Source: Chitinophagaceae bacterium (GTDB lineage Bacteria; Bacteroidota; Bacteroidia; Chitinophagales; Chitinophagaceae). From it: a stretch of 64,000 nt of DNA. Of this stretch, positions 45,801 through 54,866 are shown piece by piece. Every line of letters begins with the position of its first letter. Positions within the stretch are counted from its first letter, which is position 1. A program made the translations under genes and the position numbers. The notes beneath the pieces were generated by a model, which searched no databases, had not been told where the DNA came from, and saw nothing but the letters and a program-made list of their open reading frames with translations. The DNA lies in assembly GCA_023229465.1 (NCBI GenBank), contig JALNZE010000016.1:1442-65441 (forward strand). Reading direction: 5' to 3'.

Positions 45801-47115
45801 ATTGTAATTGTACATTGATCGAAACAAAACCAACCTGCGGATTAAAATAATATTCTGAAGGACTTAATTTTCTGGCAAAGGTTTTTTCATAATCATCCAC
45901 AGGTCGCAGGCCCTTGGATAATAACAGTGTATTGATGAAGGCAGGGTTACGTGCATTGGAATTTCCAGCCAGTGATGCATACAAATCATTCGCGCCATTG
46001 GCGGGTAACGGATTGGTGGTAAGCGACTGAACCGCGGAGTTATAAGGTTTACTTTCAGCAAGATCCATTAAACCCACAATATCACGTGCATCGGTGGTGG
46101 CGCCTGTACGATTGGTAACCCATACTTCCATTCGCTGAATCTGCACCTGCGAGTTAACAACAGGCAGCCTGGCCATGGTAGTATTAAAATTATTACGGTA
46201 GTACTGTCCTAATAAAAAGTGACGGTTTTCTTCATAGTCATCCAGTTTTTTTTGAAAGTTGGTAGAGGCTGTACCGCCCTGCAGTCCAACTGATTGGCGG
46301 GTAGACCGTTGATTGGCGATGGCGCCGGTAATAAAAACTTTACCAAACTGTAATTGCGATTTAATACCGAATAAATTCTGCGCGCTGGGTATTAAGGTGC
46401 TCCTCGACTGGAAAGAGATATTTCCCGCTTCAAGGCTTTTGATGATCTCATCATCCATGCCTTTGTAATCCAGTTTTAGCTGATTATCGAATCCAAAATT
46501 GGTAAAAGTGCTGTAATTAATAGGGAACTTAAGCTTATCTCCAATATTGGCATTAACGTTCAGTTTGGCATCCATATTAAAATCAAAACCGCCATTTTTT
46601 CTGGCCCTTTCTGGTAAGGTAGGATTCTCAATATTCTGTCCCTGGTAACCCGCCATAATATTTACTTCACCCGATGGTCTGATATCTACTTTCAATCCAT
46701 TACCGGTAATACCAAAAATGCGGTCGAATAATTTATCGTATACCCGCATTTTGGGACGTGGTGATTTTAAATTGATGGTGGTTAATGCATCCGATCTTTT
46801 CTTGAAATAATCTGTTTCCGCTTTTTTAGATTCCAGGCGCCAGAATTCATCATAAGTAAGCACAGCAGGAACCCGGTAATATTTGCCGCCTATTTTTTCT
46901 GTAATATAATATTGCTTCGTTTTTGGGTCGTATTGAATATCCCTTTTAATAAGTGAGTTATCGCGGATATCGAATGGATTTTTGCTTTGTGCCGACAATG
47001 GATCACCCCGCCTGTCGCTAATGGGATAGTGAAGGGAATCTTTCTGTTGTGCCCTGGCAGAGAAAGCCGATAGCAGCAGAAAGGCAATACTGATAAAATA
47101 CCGGGGTAACTTCAA
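39844..47115 (-). CDS. sprA: T9SS outer-membrane translocon SprA (Sov)
   Basis: 2,423 aa with a signal peptide, then QQKDSLHYPISDRRGDPLS and beta-rich sequence throughout. The conserved ruvA-sprA synteny is present. Confidence 0.9.
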   Translation of the reverse strand: MKLPRYFISIAFLLLSAFSARAQQKDSLHYPISDRRGDPLSAQSKNPFDIRDNSLIKRDIQYDPKTKQYYITEKIGGKYYRVPAVLTYDEFWRLESKKAETDYFKKRSDALTTINLKSPRPKMRVYDKLFDRIFGITGNGLKVDIRPSGEVNIMAGYQGQNIENPTLPERARKNGGFDFNMDAKLNVNANIGDKLKFPINYSTFTNFGFDNQLKLDYKGMDDEIIKSLEAGNISFQSRSTLIPSAQNLFGIKSQLQFGKVFITGAIANQRSTRQSVGLQGGTASTNFQKKLDDYEENRHFLLGQYYRNNFNTTMARLPVVNSQVQIQRMEVWVTNRTGATTDARDIVGLMDLAESKPYNSAVQSLTTNPLPANGANDLYASLAGNSNARNPAFINTLLLSKGLRPVDDYEKTFARKLSPSEYYFNPQVGFVSINVQLQSDEVLAVAYQYTYNGRVYQVGEFSQDVALDSTRGVQKVLFLKLLKATSQRVELPTWGWMMKNVYSLDLFGGIQKDDFKLNVLYEEPSGGLKRYLPETAPSADGKSLLRILNLDRLNNRNDPQPDGVFDYIEGFTILSQMGRVIFPVLEPFGRDLDTLAFAGQPLAMRKKYVYYQLYDSIKAIAQTYANLNRFVMQGQVKGSAGGSEINLNAFNIPPGSVSVTAGGQVLREGVDYTIDYNLGSVKILNAGILSSNVPVKVSFENNAGFGIQQRNFTGLRVDYLASRKLSLGASMVRLSERPFFTKMAYGDDPIKNTMYGLDFRYQSELPGLTRLLDKLPFYSTRARSSITAYGEAAVLKPGHPSQIGAGDQGLIFLDDFEGTRTSIDLRFPLVAWALASTPQGNPKFPEASLTDSIDYNFNRAKLAWYNIEPNLQDRNSPNNPLRRNLAELSDPRVRQVFTNEIFPQRTTNITDVQTSTFDLAYYPTERGPYNFESRKTEMDANGKLTRPASRWGGLMRSIDQTDFETGNIEYIEFWIQDPFIKNPASNGGKLYLNLGNTSEDILKDGRRFYENGMNTPSIPAAVDSTNTWGKTPVNPIQITQAFSNNPDDRPYQDVGFDGLDDAAERRKKGYVLDKLAANFGAGSPLYQKALADPSNDNYKWYRDPVFDGSGTGILGRYKNFNNPQGNSPLAATGGQFTSAATLYPDNEDLNRDNTLNESETYYEYEIQLKPGMDVGVTPYITDKRKIAVNSPDGIRRTEDWFLFRVPVRGYSKKIGSIPDFKSIRFARMYLTDFEDSVVLRLARLDLVRNQWRQFAYNIDTTGSYTPINNTGGTVLNTLAVSLEENSSRQPVNYIMPPGVERVQLLSNNGVNLQQNEQAMSLKIKNLYSGDARGVFKTLNLDIRQYGKLSMYLHAESITGERPLKDNEMYAIVRIGQDFLNNYYEIKIPLKITAPGRYVRGQEDKVWPTENNLDFSLRSLIDLKLKRNNSGAPISAIYRSVLDNKTVSILGNPNLGEVRGIMVAIENPWKPDGAIINTEVWVNELRLSQLDENGGWAALGRVDLTLADLGSISVSANTHTQGFGTIEQRVNERVKDNLVQFDAAATIDAGKLLPRNARLSLPVYASINKTMLTPQFDPYDMDVKYKEKLNASPKEKRDSIRNAAVDQTTIKTINFTNVRVLAGSNKPGLLRLSNFDFSYAYSQISQTSPLVLQNKVTKQRGGLGYTFAGQNTYIEPFKNFIKTRTPWLALFRDFNFNLKPSYLSFRADINRQFGEFIPRIVNTADSRVERVDTTYDKYFTFDRFYGMRWDLSRSLNLDFNATNNARVDEPFGRIDTKAKKDTVQENFLKGGRNTVYQQKVTLNYNIPFNKFPLTDWINARFSYGTSYNWVGASRIAINLGNTIENSQENNLNAQFNFATLYAKSKWLRALDDIPVPKPKANATNPVDVKDAKNKNALGTTILSKAEVVKGLKGKKRKEALTKWRMQKRDARIAERLAKANEPLQLGGFTRAAGKLMTMVRNVNVQYAENYRSRVPGYMDSTQYLGQNWGTMAPGLDYVFGKQPDTGWLNKKASAGLITRDSTFNFLFRQSFEQRFSITAQLEPIREFTIDLHLDKSFTKEYSEIFKDTTGRSGLNHLNPLSSGGFSVSYIAFNTLFGKHNPNELSATFQTFQDNRLIVSKRVAEQNPYWQTLPAGQKFSADGFARGYGRYAQDVLLPAFIAAYTGKDPNNIALIKQSNTKISSNPFAGILPRPNWKFTYTGLSSSPAMAAIFSNIIITHGYNGTLSMNSFNSALLYQDPFRFSAPGFIDTVSGNYIPYFLVPNITVKEGFEPLIGIDVTTVDQLNLKFEYRKSRTLSLSLIDYQLSEGRSTDWVFGIGFRKKGVNLPFTLPGGKGKKLQNDLTMRLDVSVRDVSNSNSRLDQSNAYGTGGQKDISIQPSIDYVINNRINIKFFFDQRKVIPYISTSAPITNTRAGVNIRISLAQ

Positions 47116-47188
47116 ACAGTTAGTCTTGTTTAAGTAGATGTAAATGCGATAATAACAAATACTGGTTAAGTAGAAGTAGAACGATAGA

Positions 47189-47773
47189 CTATAAGTTTTT
47201 GAGTGCCTGTTTAATGATATCCTCCAAAGATGCCTGATCTGTTACAGATGCCAGGGTTTTTTTTACCGACTGCTCTGCCATAGGTCTTGAAATGCCCAGG
47301 GCAATCAGCGCGTTCACCGCGTCTGAATCAACTGCCTGAAACCCGGGTAATCCCACCTGTGTATCCAATGACTGTTTACCCAGTTTATCCCTAAGTTCCA
47401 CAATCAAACGTTCGGCCGATTTTTTCCCTATCCCTTTGATACTCTCCAACTGACGGGTGTTGCCCTGGATAATGGCCCTGGCTATTTCATCAGGGCGCAT
47501 ACCAGATAACATCATCCGGGCCGTTGAGGCGCCTACACCAGATACACTGATCAGGTGTAAAAACATTTCCTTTTCTGCCAGCTCCGCAAATCCAAATAAG
47601 GTTTGCGCATTTTCTGTGATATGCAGATACGTAAAGAGCTGACCACTCTCTTTATTACTGATGGCCGAATAGGTATGCAGGCTGATCTGGAGGTCATATC
47701 CAACACCATTCACATCTACCACCACACGGGAAGGTGTTTTAACGGCAAAATGTCCTCTTACAAAAGCGATCAT
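47189..47773 (-). CDS. ruvA: Holliday junction branch-migration protein RuvA
   Basis: MIAFVRGHF...VDVNGVGYDLQIS and HhH motifs (SVSGVGASTA, IKGIGKKSAERL). Confidence 0.95.
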   Translation of the reverse strand: MIAFVRGHFAVKTPSRVVVDVNGVGYDLQISLHTYSAISNKESGQLFTYLHITENAQTLFGFAELAEKEMFLHLISVSGVGASTARMMLSGMRPDEIARAIIQGNTRQLESIKGIGKKSAERLIVELRDKLGKQSLDTQVGLPGFQAVDSDAVNALIALGISRPMAEQSVKKTLASVTDQASLEDIIKQALKNL

Positions 47774-47838
47774 AGCTTTCTCAAAAATAGACTTAAAAAA
47801 ATACTATTTATACGTATCTTCGATAATATTTTATACGT

Positions 47839-48096
47839 ATGCTAACAAAGCTAACCTTATCTATTGACGATACCGTTGTTTCCGAAGCAAAAGAATATGC
47901 CAGGGAATCCGGGAAAAGTTTGTCGAAGATGATAGAAGGGTATTTAAGGGGCTTACAGAATAAAAAAAAAGTACTCAAACAGGATGAAATTCCTCCCATT
48001 ATTAAGCGCCTGCATGGCTGTATCAAAACAGGGGATAACAGGCCCCATAAAGAGGTCTATGCTGAATCCGTGAAAGAAAAATACCATTCATTATGA
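47839..48096 (+). CDS. Type II antitoxin (VapB-like)
   Basis: 85-aa ORF with an ATGA overlap onto the downstream PIN gene (48093..48096). Confidence 0.65.
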   Translation: MLTKLTLSIDDTVVSEAKEYARESGKSLSKMIEGYLRGLQNKKKVLKQDEIPPIIKRLHGCIKTGDNRPHKEVYAESVKEKYHSL

Positions 48097-48509
48097 ATGT
48101 ATACCTGGATACAAACGTAGTGCTGGATCTGCTGCTGGCGAGAAAACCTTTTGACGCTGATGCGGAACAAATTTTCAGATTAATAACAGAAAAACAGATT
48201 ATTGCACATATTTCCGCCATCAGTTACGGGCAGATTGGGTATTTTCTTGAAAAAAATCTGACTAAACCCAATTGCAGAAACCGGTTAAGAGATATACAGC
48301 AGTTGATGGAAACAATAGCGGTAAACGAAAAAATTATTGCAGCAGCCATTGCTGCCGACCATACCGATTTTGAAGATGCTATTCAATTTGCCTGCGCCAT
48401 GGAAGTAAAAAATTTATACGCATTGATTACCGGTAATTACAAAAATTTTAAAAACAAAGAGATCCTGATTCTCACCCCAAAAGAATTTATAAACGACTAT
48501 AATAATTAG
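48093..48509 (+). CDS. PIN-domain toxin (VapC-like)
   Basis: [15 protein letters not shown] with later acidic residues (DFEDAIQ). About 138 aa. Confidence 0.8.
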   Translation: MNVYLDTNVVLDLLLARKPFDADAEQIFRLITEKQIIAHISAISYGQIGYFLEKNLTKPNCRNRLRDIQQLMETIAVNEKIIAAAIAADHTDFEDAIQFACAMEVKNLYALITGNYKNFKNKEILILTPKEFINDYNN

Positions 48510-48510
48510 T

Positions 48511-49500
48511 ATGACGAAAATTAGAGCGGCCATTACAGCAGTAGGCGGATATGTTCCGGAAACCAAACTCACCAATTTTGACCTGGAAAAGATGGTAGAT
48601 ACCAATAACGAATGGATACTGTCGCGTACCGGTATTTCTGAAAGAAGAATCTTAAAAGAGGCCGGAAAAGGCAGTAGTGATATGGCTGTACCGGCTATAC
48701 TGGAAATTCTTCGCAAAAAAAAGATAGACGCGACAGAAATTGATTGCCTGATATGCGCGACCGTAACACCGGATATGGTATTCCCAGCAACTGCCAATAT
48801 TATTTGCGATAAAATTGGAGCCACCAATGCCTGGGGTTACGACATGAGCGCGGCCTGCAGCGGTTTTTTATTCGCATTAACCACCGGCGCCATGTACATT
48901 GAAAGTGGACGCTACAAAAAAGTAGTGGTGGTAGGCGTTGATAAAATGAGCGCCATTGTAGATTATACCGATCGCGCCACCTGTATTATTTTTGGGGATG
49001 GCGCGGGCGCCGTTTTACTGGAACCTTCTACAGATGAAACAGGTATACTTGATAGTATTTTAAGAACAGACGGCAGCGGCCGTCAATACCTGCACATGAA
49101 AGCCGGTGGTTCAGTAAAACCCGCTTCAGTAGAATCGGTATTGGCCAAAGAACATTATACTTACCAGGAGGGGCAACCCGTTTTTAAGTTCGCCGTAAAA
49201 GGTATGGCGGATGTGAGCGCCGAATTAATGGAACGCAATCACCTTACCGGAGAGGATATTGCCTGGCTGGTACCCCACCAGGCTAACCTGCGCATCATTG
49301 ATGCTACTGCCAACCGTATGGGACTGGCTAAAGAAAAAGTAATGATCAATATTCAGAAATACGGAAACACAACCGCGGCCACTATTCCTCTGTGTTTGTG
49401 GGAATGGGAGAAACAATTGAATAAAGGTGATAATATTGTACTGTCTGCATTTGGCGGCGGGTTTACCTGGGGGGCAACCTGGGTTAAATGGGCCTACTAA
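48511..49500 (+). CDS. fabH: Beta-ketoacyl-ACP synthase III
   Basis: Active-site Cys context [10 protein letters not shown], then HQANLRII and [10 protein letters not shown]. Confidence 0.95.
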   Translation: MTKIRAAITAVGGYVPETKLTNFDLEKMVDTNNEWILSRTGISERRILKEAGKGSSDMAVPAILEILRKKKIDATEIDCLICATVTPDMVFPATANIICDKIGATNAWGYDMSAACSGFLFALTTGAMYIESGRYKKVVVVGVDKMSAIVDYTDRATCIIFGDGAGAVLLEPSTDETGILDSILRTDGSGRQYLHMKAGGSVKPASVESVLAKEHYTYQEGQPVFKFAVKGMADVSAELMERNHLTGEDIAWLVPHQANLRIIDATANRMGLAKEKVMINIQKYGNTTAATIPLCLWEWEKQLNKGDNIVLSAFGGGFTWGATWVKWAY

Positions 49501-49541
49501 AACTAACCAGAAATTCATTCTAAAAAAAAGCAACACAACTT

Positions 49542-50771
49542 ATGAAAAATTCCTTTCCTCTAACAGGCATCAGTTCCGTAGCCATTCATGCTTCGGGGCA
49601 TGATAACGCAAATTTTGCACACCTCACACCCATCTATGCCACGTCTACCTTTACTTTTGATACCGCTCAACAGGGGTGGGATCGTTTTGCGGGAGCTGAT
49701 AAAACAACTATTTACAGCCGCTGGGGTAATCCAACTTTTACCACAGCAGAAGAAACCATTGCCGCCCTGGAAGCATTCGAACTAACGGGTGATGATGGTA
49801 AGCCCCTTCAACTAAAGGCTTTGTTACATGCCAGCGGACAGGCCGCTATGGCTACCCTTTTCCTTGGTACCTTACAAGCAGGTGATACTATCCTGTCGCA
49901 CTTTTCTTTGTATGGCGGAACGCATGAACTGATGCTGAAAGTATTGGCAGATACCGGTATCAAAACTACCATTATTGATATGCGTAACCTGAACCTGGTA
50001 GAAGAGGCCATCAAAAAAGATCCTTCTATCAAGCTGGTTCATATTGAAACACCCGCCAATCCCACTATCCGGTGCGTAGACATAGAAGCGGTTACCCTAT
50101 TGGCCAAACAAAAAGAACTACTCGTTTCTGTTGATAATACTTTCGCAACTCCGTACCTGCAACAACCTTTTAAATATGGTGTTGACTTTGTTTTTCATTC
50201 CACCACCAAATTTCTGAATGGCCATGGTACCGCCATTGGTGGTGTATTGTTGGGCAAAGACCTGGAGCTGATGCGAACTTCCATTTGGAAATGGCATGTA
50301 CTTCTTGGTGGCAACAGCAACCCATTTGACGCGTTTTTATTAACGCAGGGTATGAAAACACTGGAACTTCGCATGGAGCGCCATTGCCATAACGCGATGG
50401 TAGTAGCCGAATTTCTGGCCAAACATCCTGCTATCCATCACGTAAATTATAATGGCCTGGACACACATCCCGACTATGCCATTTCCCAGAAACAAATGCG
50501 GCATCCGGGCGCTTTAATGAGTTATGAACTGAAAGGCGGACTGGAAGCGGGTCAACGTTTTATCGATGCTTTGCAAATGTGTGTAAGAGCTGTTTCCCTG
50601 GGTACAGTAGACACATTGGTTTCTCATCCTGCCAGCATGAGTCACGCCTCACTAAAAAAAGAAGAGCGCCTAACCTACGGCATTACAGATGGCCTGATCA
50701 GGATGAGTGTGGGCATTGAAAATATTGCCGATATCCTGACCGACCTGGAGCAGGCGCTCAAAAGAGTATAG
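49542..50771 (+). CDS. Cys/Met-metabolism PLP-dependent enzyme (methionine gamma-lyase / O-acylhomoserine sulfhydrylase family)
   Basis: PLP-lysine context FHSTTKFLNGHG. Family-typical N-terminus (PIYATSTF) and C-terminus (LIRMSVGIE). Confidence 0.85.
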   Translation: MKNSFPLTGISSVAIHASGHDNANFAHLTPIYATSTFTFDTAQQGWDRFAGADKTTIYSRWGNPTFTTAEETIAALEAFELTGDDGKPLQLKALLHASGQAAMATLFLGTLQAGDTILSHFSLYGGTHELMLKVLADTGIKTTIIDMRNLNLVEEAIKKDPSIKLVHIETPANPTIRCVDIEAVTLLAKQKELLVSVDNTFATPYLQQPFKYGVDFVFHSTTKFLNGHGTAIGGVLLGKDLELMRTSIWKWHVLLGGNSNPFDAFLLTQGMKTLELRMERHCHNAMVVAEFLAKHPAIHHVNYNGLDTHPDYAISQKQMRHPGALMSYELKGGLEAGQRFIDALQMCVRAVSLGTVDTLVSHPASMSHASLKKEERLTYGITDGLIRMSVGIENIADILTDLEQALKRV

Positions 50772-50847
50772 GCTATTCATCATATTGTATTGTTTTTAGT
50801 CCGGTAAGTGTTTACATTTATCGGACTTATTATTTAAAACCGATTAT

Positions 50848-52671
50848 ATGAGAATGCCCATTTTCGCTATCCTGCTACTGTCAACCGCTTTTGCTCCTAT
50901 GGCCCAAAAGAAAATGAAAACAGTAACGGAAACGGACCGTTTTGCCGGCCTGGATACAGCCTTTGAACGGGTGTTAAAAGACTGGCACGCCGCAGGCTTT
51001 GCCGTGGCGGTTATTGAAAAAGATAAAGTGGTATTCGCGAAAGGATTTGGTTATAAGGATATTGAAAAGAAAACGCCCGTTACACCCAATACCCTTTTCG
51101 CTATTGGCAGTTGTACCAAAGCATTTACTTCTTCACTGATGGGTTTATTACAAAAAGATGGCAAACTTGAATACGATAAACCTGTTCGTAATTACTTACC
51201 TGATCTGACATTTTATAATGATGCCATGAACAATACGATTATTGTGCGTGACCTGCTCACACACCGTACCGGATTACCCAGGCATGATTATTCATGGTAT
51301 TCATTCCCTACTTCATCACGTGATAGTTTGGTGAAAAGAATACAATTCATGGAGCCCAGTTATGGTGTGCGTGTAAAATGGCAGTATAATAATTTCATGT
51401 TCCTATTACAAGGGGTAATTGCCGAAAAACTAAGTGGTAAAAGCTGGGAAGAAAATATCAGCGAAAAGATATTTAAACCATTGGGCATGACCCATTCCAA
51501 TTTTACGATAAAAGATTTAGCTAAAAGTGAAGATGCCGCGACCGGATATGAATTGAAAAAAGACAGTATCATTAAAAAAAAGGATTACTACAATATTGAT
51601 GCCATGGGGCCCGCGGGCAGCATAAACAGTAGTGTGTTAGATATGGCCAACTGGGTTAGCACCTGGATCAATGGCGGAAAATTTAATGGGAAAGAAATCT
51701 TACCGGCAGGATATATTTCAGAAGCCATGAGCTCACAAATGGTAGTGGGTGCGGCTTTACCTTCTAAAGAAAAACCTGATATCCATTTTGCTACCTACGG
51801 ATTTGGCTGGATGATGGGCTCCTATAAAGGTCATTACCGCGTTGAACATGGGGGCAATATTGATGGCTTCTCTGCCAGTACCTGTTTCTTCCCGAGTGAT
51901 AGTGTAGGTATTGTTGTATTAAGCAACCAAAATGGCTCGGCAGTTAACTCCATCGTGAGAAATCTGATTGCTGACAGACTGCTGAAATTACCTTATCACG
52001 ATTGGAACTCAGATGTGAAAAAAACTTCTGACAAAGCAAAAGTATCCGCTAAAGAAGCTGAAAAAAGCAAAACCAGTAGTCAGAAAATAAATACAAAACC
52101 ATCGCATACTTTAAAAGAATATGAAGGGCTTTACAATCATCCGGGCTATGGTACCATTGAAGTAAGCATGGTACATGATTCACTTTTCGCTAAATTAACA
52201 AAAGACAGATGGTGGCTGCGTCATTATCATTACGATGTGTTTGAACCCTTTGAAGCAGATCCTAAAGAAGGTATTGACACGGCAGACAAAGGTCCTTTGC
52301 ATATTCAGTTCAATATGAATGAGTCGGGCGATATCAGCGAAGCAACCCTTGCCCTTGAACCAACCTTATCGCCATTACATTTTACTAAAACACCTAAAGC
52401 AAAAGAAATTACCAAAGAGGAACTGGCAAAATATGTAGGCGATTATGAAATTGGAGGTGCCATAGCAAAAGTGTATATCAAAGGAGAAAAAACATTGTAT
52501 GTGTTAGTGCCAGGCCAGCCAGATTATGAATTAATACCGGTTGATAAAAACAAATTTTCGCTCAAAATACTGAGCGGCTATTATGTTCAATTTGACGTGA
52601 CGGATAAAGGAGAATCCACTGGTCTTAATTTTTTACAACCGAATGGCAATTTTAAGGCGAAGAAAAAATAA
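50848..52671 (+). CDS. Serine hydrolase (class C beta-lactamase/PBP-like) with a C-terminal extension
   Basis: Signal peptide, SxxK (GSCTK) and YxN (QYNN). Confidence 0.8.
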   Translation: MRMPIFAILLLSTAFAPMAQKKMKTVTETDRFAGLDTAFERVLKDWHAAGFAVAVIEKDKVVFAKGFGYKDIEKKTPVTPNTLFAIGSCTKAFTSSLMGLLQKDGKLEYDKPVRNYLPDLTFYNDAMNNTIIVRDLLTHRTGLPRHDYSWYSFPTSSRDSLVKRIQFMEPSYGVRVKWQYNNFMFLLQGVIAEKLSGKSWEENISEKIFKPLGMTHSNFTIKDLAKSEDAATGYELKKDSIIKKKDYYNIDAMGPAGSINSSVLDMANWVSTWINGGKFNGKEILPAGYISEAMSSQMVVGAALPSKEKPDIHFATYGFGWMMGSYKGHYRVEHGGNIDGFSASTCFFPSDSVGIVVLSNQNGSAVNSIVRNLIADRLLKLPYHDWNSDVKKTSDKAKVSAKEAEKSKTSSQKINTKPSHTLKEYEGLYNHPGYGTIEVSMVHDSLFAKLTKDRWWLRHYHYDVFEPFEADPKEGIDTADKGPLHIQFNMNESGDISEATLALEPTLSPLHFTKTPKAKEITKEELAKYVGDYEIGGAIAKVYIKGEKTLYVLVPGQPDYELIPVDKNKFSLKILSGYYVQFDVTDKGESTGLNFLQPNGNFKAKKK

Positions 52672-52705
52672 AATCCGCTCATCAATCACTATTAAGCTAT
52701 TTTCT

Positions 52706-54382
52706 ATGCGTAACCTAATCTGCCTGCTGATTATTTGTGGTTCCATTATATCCTGCAACAACCATCCCTATGATACCATCATCCGTAATGGCTTGCTGTA
52801 TGATGGCAATGGCGGCAGTCCGTTTAAAGCTGATATTGCCATCAACCAGGATACTATTGCGTTTATCGGCGATCTATCCAAAGAAATCGCCAGGCATGAA
52901 ATTGATGCCAAAGGAATGGCCGTCTCTCCGGGTTTTATTAATATGCTAAGCTGGTCGCCCGTATCCCTGATTGAAGACGGAAGATCACAAGGTGAATTAA
53001 GAGAAGGGGTTACCCTCGAAGTATTCGGCGAAGGAGAAACGATGGGACCACTGAATGCAAAAATGAAAAAAGACCTGCAGGATGATCAACCCATGATCAA
53101 ATACAAAGTGGATTGGACCAGCTTTGGTGAATACATGCGATACCTTGAGAAAAGAGGTATCAGTTGCAACATTGCTTCTTATGTTGGCGCCACTACCATC
53201 CGAACAAATGTAATAGGTGAAGAAAACCGTGACCCTACCCCCGCCGAACTGGATAGTATGAAAGCATTGGTTAAACAAGCAATGCTGGAGGGTGCACTCG
53301 GCGTTGGTTCTTCGTTAATTTATCCACCTGCCTTCTTTGCCAAAACAAATGAATTAATTGAGTTATGCAAAGCCGCCGCACCCTATGGTGGGGGATATAT
53401 TTCGCATATGCGCAGCGAAGGAAATAAACTATATGAAGCGGTGGAAGAATTAATCACTATCGCAAAAGAAGCGAAAGTGCATGGAGAAATCTATCACCTG
53501 AAAGCCGCCGGTATCAATAACTGGCCCAAGATGGATAGTGTTATCAGAAGAGTGGAAAGGGCAAGGAAAGAAGGCATTGATATTGCCGCCAATATGTACA
53601 CATATACCGCCGGCGCCACGGGTATGACAGCCGCTTTCCCCCCTTCTTTACAGGATGGTGGTTTTGGTAAACTATGGAAACGCTTACAAGTGCCTGCTAT
53701 ACGTGCCAGGATGAAAAAAGCCATGAAAACAAATGCTGCCGGCTGGGAGAATTTATACTACGGTGCAGGATCGGCAGACAAGGTTTTGTTATTGGGATTC
53801 AGGAGAGATTCCCTTTTCAAATATGCCGGCAAATCCTTAGCTGAAGTGGCCAGGATAAGAAATACCAGTCCTGAAGATGCTGCCATAGACCTTATTATAC
53901 AGGATAGCAGCCGGGTAGAAGTAGCTTATTTTTTAATGAGTGAAGAAAATGTAAAAAAGCAACTGGCGCTTCCCTGGGTAAGCTTTGGTTCTGATGCTGC
54001 TTCAATGGCAACAGAAGGAAAATTTATTAAACAAAGTTCCCATCCCCGTGCCTATGGAAATTTTACCAGGGTAATCGGGCATTACAGCAGGGATGAAAAA
54101 ATAATTACCTTAGAAAAAGCCATTCAGAAATTAGCAAAAGTAGCTGCCACACATTTACATATCAGGAAAAGAGGAGAATTGAAATTGGGAAATTATGCAG
54201 ACATACTGGTTTTTGATCCGGCAAAAATGGAGGATCATGCTACGTATGAAAAACCACATCAATATTCAACAGGTATGAAACATGTTTGGGTGAATGGCAC
54301 ACAGGTATTGAAGGATGGGGAACATACCAATGCGAAGCCGGGGAGGTTTGTGAAAGGAGAGGGAGGTGTAATTATTAATTAA
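52706..54382 (+). CDS. Amidohydrolase-family protein (D-aminoacylase-like), lipoprotein-type signal
   Basis: MRNLICLLIICGSIISC. Overall D-aminoacylase-like layout, but the strand-1 motif reads PGFINMLSWS instead of GFID-H-H. Confidence 0.7.
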   Translation: MRNLICLLIICGSIISCNNHPYDTIIRNGLLYDGNGGSPFKADIAINQDTIAFIGDLSKEIARHEIDAKGMAVSPGFINMLSWSPVSLIEDGRSQGELREGVTLEVFGEGETMGPLNAKMKKDLQDDQPMIKYKVDWTSFGEYMRYLEKRGISCNIASYVGATTIRTNVIGEENRDPTPAELDSMKALVKQAMLEGALGVGSSLIYPPAFFAKTNELIELCKAAAPYGGGYISHMRSEGNKLYEAVEELITIAKEAKVHGEIYHLKAAGINNWPKMDSVIRRVERARKEGIDIAANMYTYTAGATGMTAAFPPSLQDGGFGKLWKRLQVPAIRARMKKAMKTNAAGWENLYYGAGSADKVLLLGFRRDSLFKYAGKSLAEVARIRNTSPEDAAIDLIIQDSSRVEVAYFLMSEENVKKQLALPWVSFGSDAASMATEGKFIKQSSHPRAYGNFTRVIGHYSRDEKIITLEKAIQKLAKVAATHLHIRKRGELKLGNYADILVFDPAKMEDHATYEKPHQYSTGMKHVWVNGTQVLKDGEHTNAKPGRFVKGEGGVIIN

Positions 54383-54415
54383 TAATTTACCTGTTTAAGT
54401 AAAAGGAGGTATTAT

Positions 54416-54865
54416 ATGGTTATATCAATCAGAAAAGCAGAGAAAAAAGATTGTGAAAGGTTATTGCAGTTGATCCGGGAATTGGCGGATTATGAAAAGG
54501 CGCCTGCCGAAGTTACTGTTACACTGGAACATTTTGAAGAAAGCGGGTTCGGCGAAAAGCCTGTATGGTGGGCCTTTGTAGCAGAATTTGATGAACGTGT
54601 TGAAGGCTTTGCCCTTTACTATATTCGCTATAGCACCTGGAAAGGACAATGCATCTACCTGGAAGATTTTTTAGTGACTGAAAAATTACGCGGCCAGGGA
54701 GCCGGCAAATTATTATTCGATCGTGTGATAGCGGCAGCCAAAGAAAAAGGTATGACACGCATAGTATGGCAGGTTCTTGAATGGAATGAACCGGCGCTTA
54801 ATTTTTACAGAAAATACAATGCTGTTTTAGATCCTGAGTGGGTGAACGGGATACTGGACATATAA
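54416..54865 (+). CDS. GNAT-family N-acetyltransferase
   Basis: RGQGAGKLLF acetyl-CoA-binding motif. 149 aa. Confidence 0.85.
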   Translation: MVISIRKAEKKDCERLLQLIRELADYEKAPAEVTVTLEHFEESGFGEKPVWWAFVAEFDERVEGFALYYIRYSTWKGQCIYLEDFLVTEKLRGQGAGKLLFDRVIAAAKEKGMTRIVWQVLEWNEPALNFYRKYNAVLDPEWVNGILDI

Positions 54866-54866
54866 A

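Noticed and set aside
39844-47115. About 20 short ORFs from the track, on both strands, nested inside sprA (for example 40591..40809, 41725..42165, 43668..43976).
   Set aside because: They lie entirely within a 7.3-kb gene with a coherent SprA-like translation. They have low-complexity or odd composition and no motifs. They are typical shadow ORFs.
47808-48220. Minus-strand ORFs 47808..48026 and 48023..48220, which overlap the TA pair.
   Set aside because: The plus-strand antitoxin/PIN pair, with its ATGA coupling and recognisable PIN N-terminus, explains the region better.
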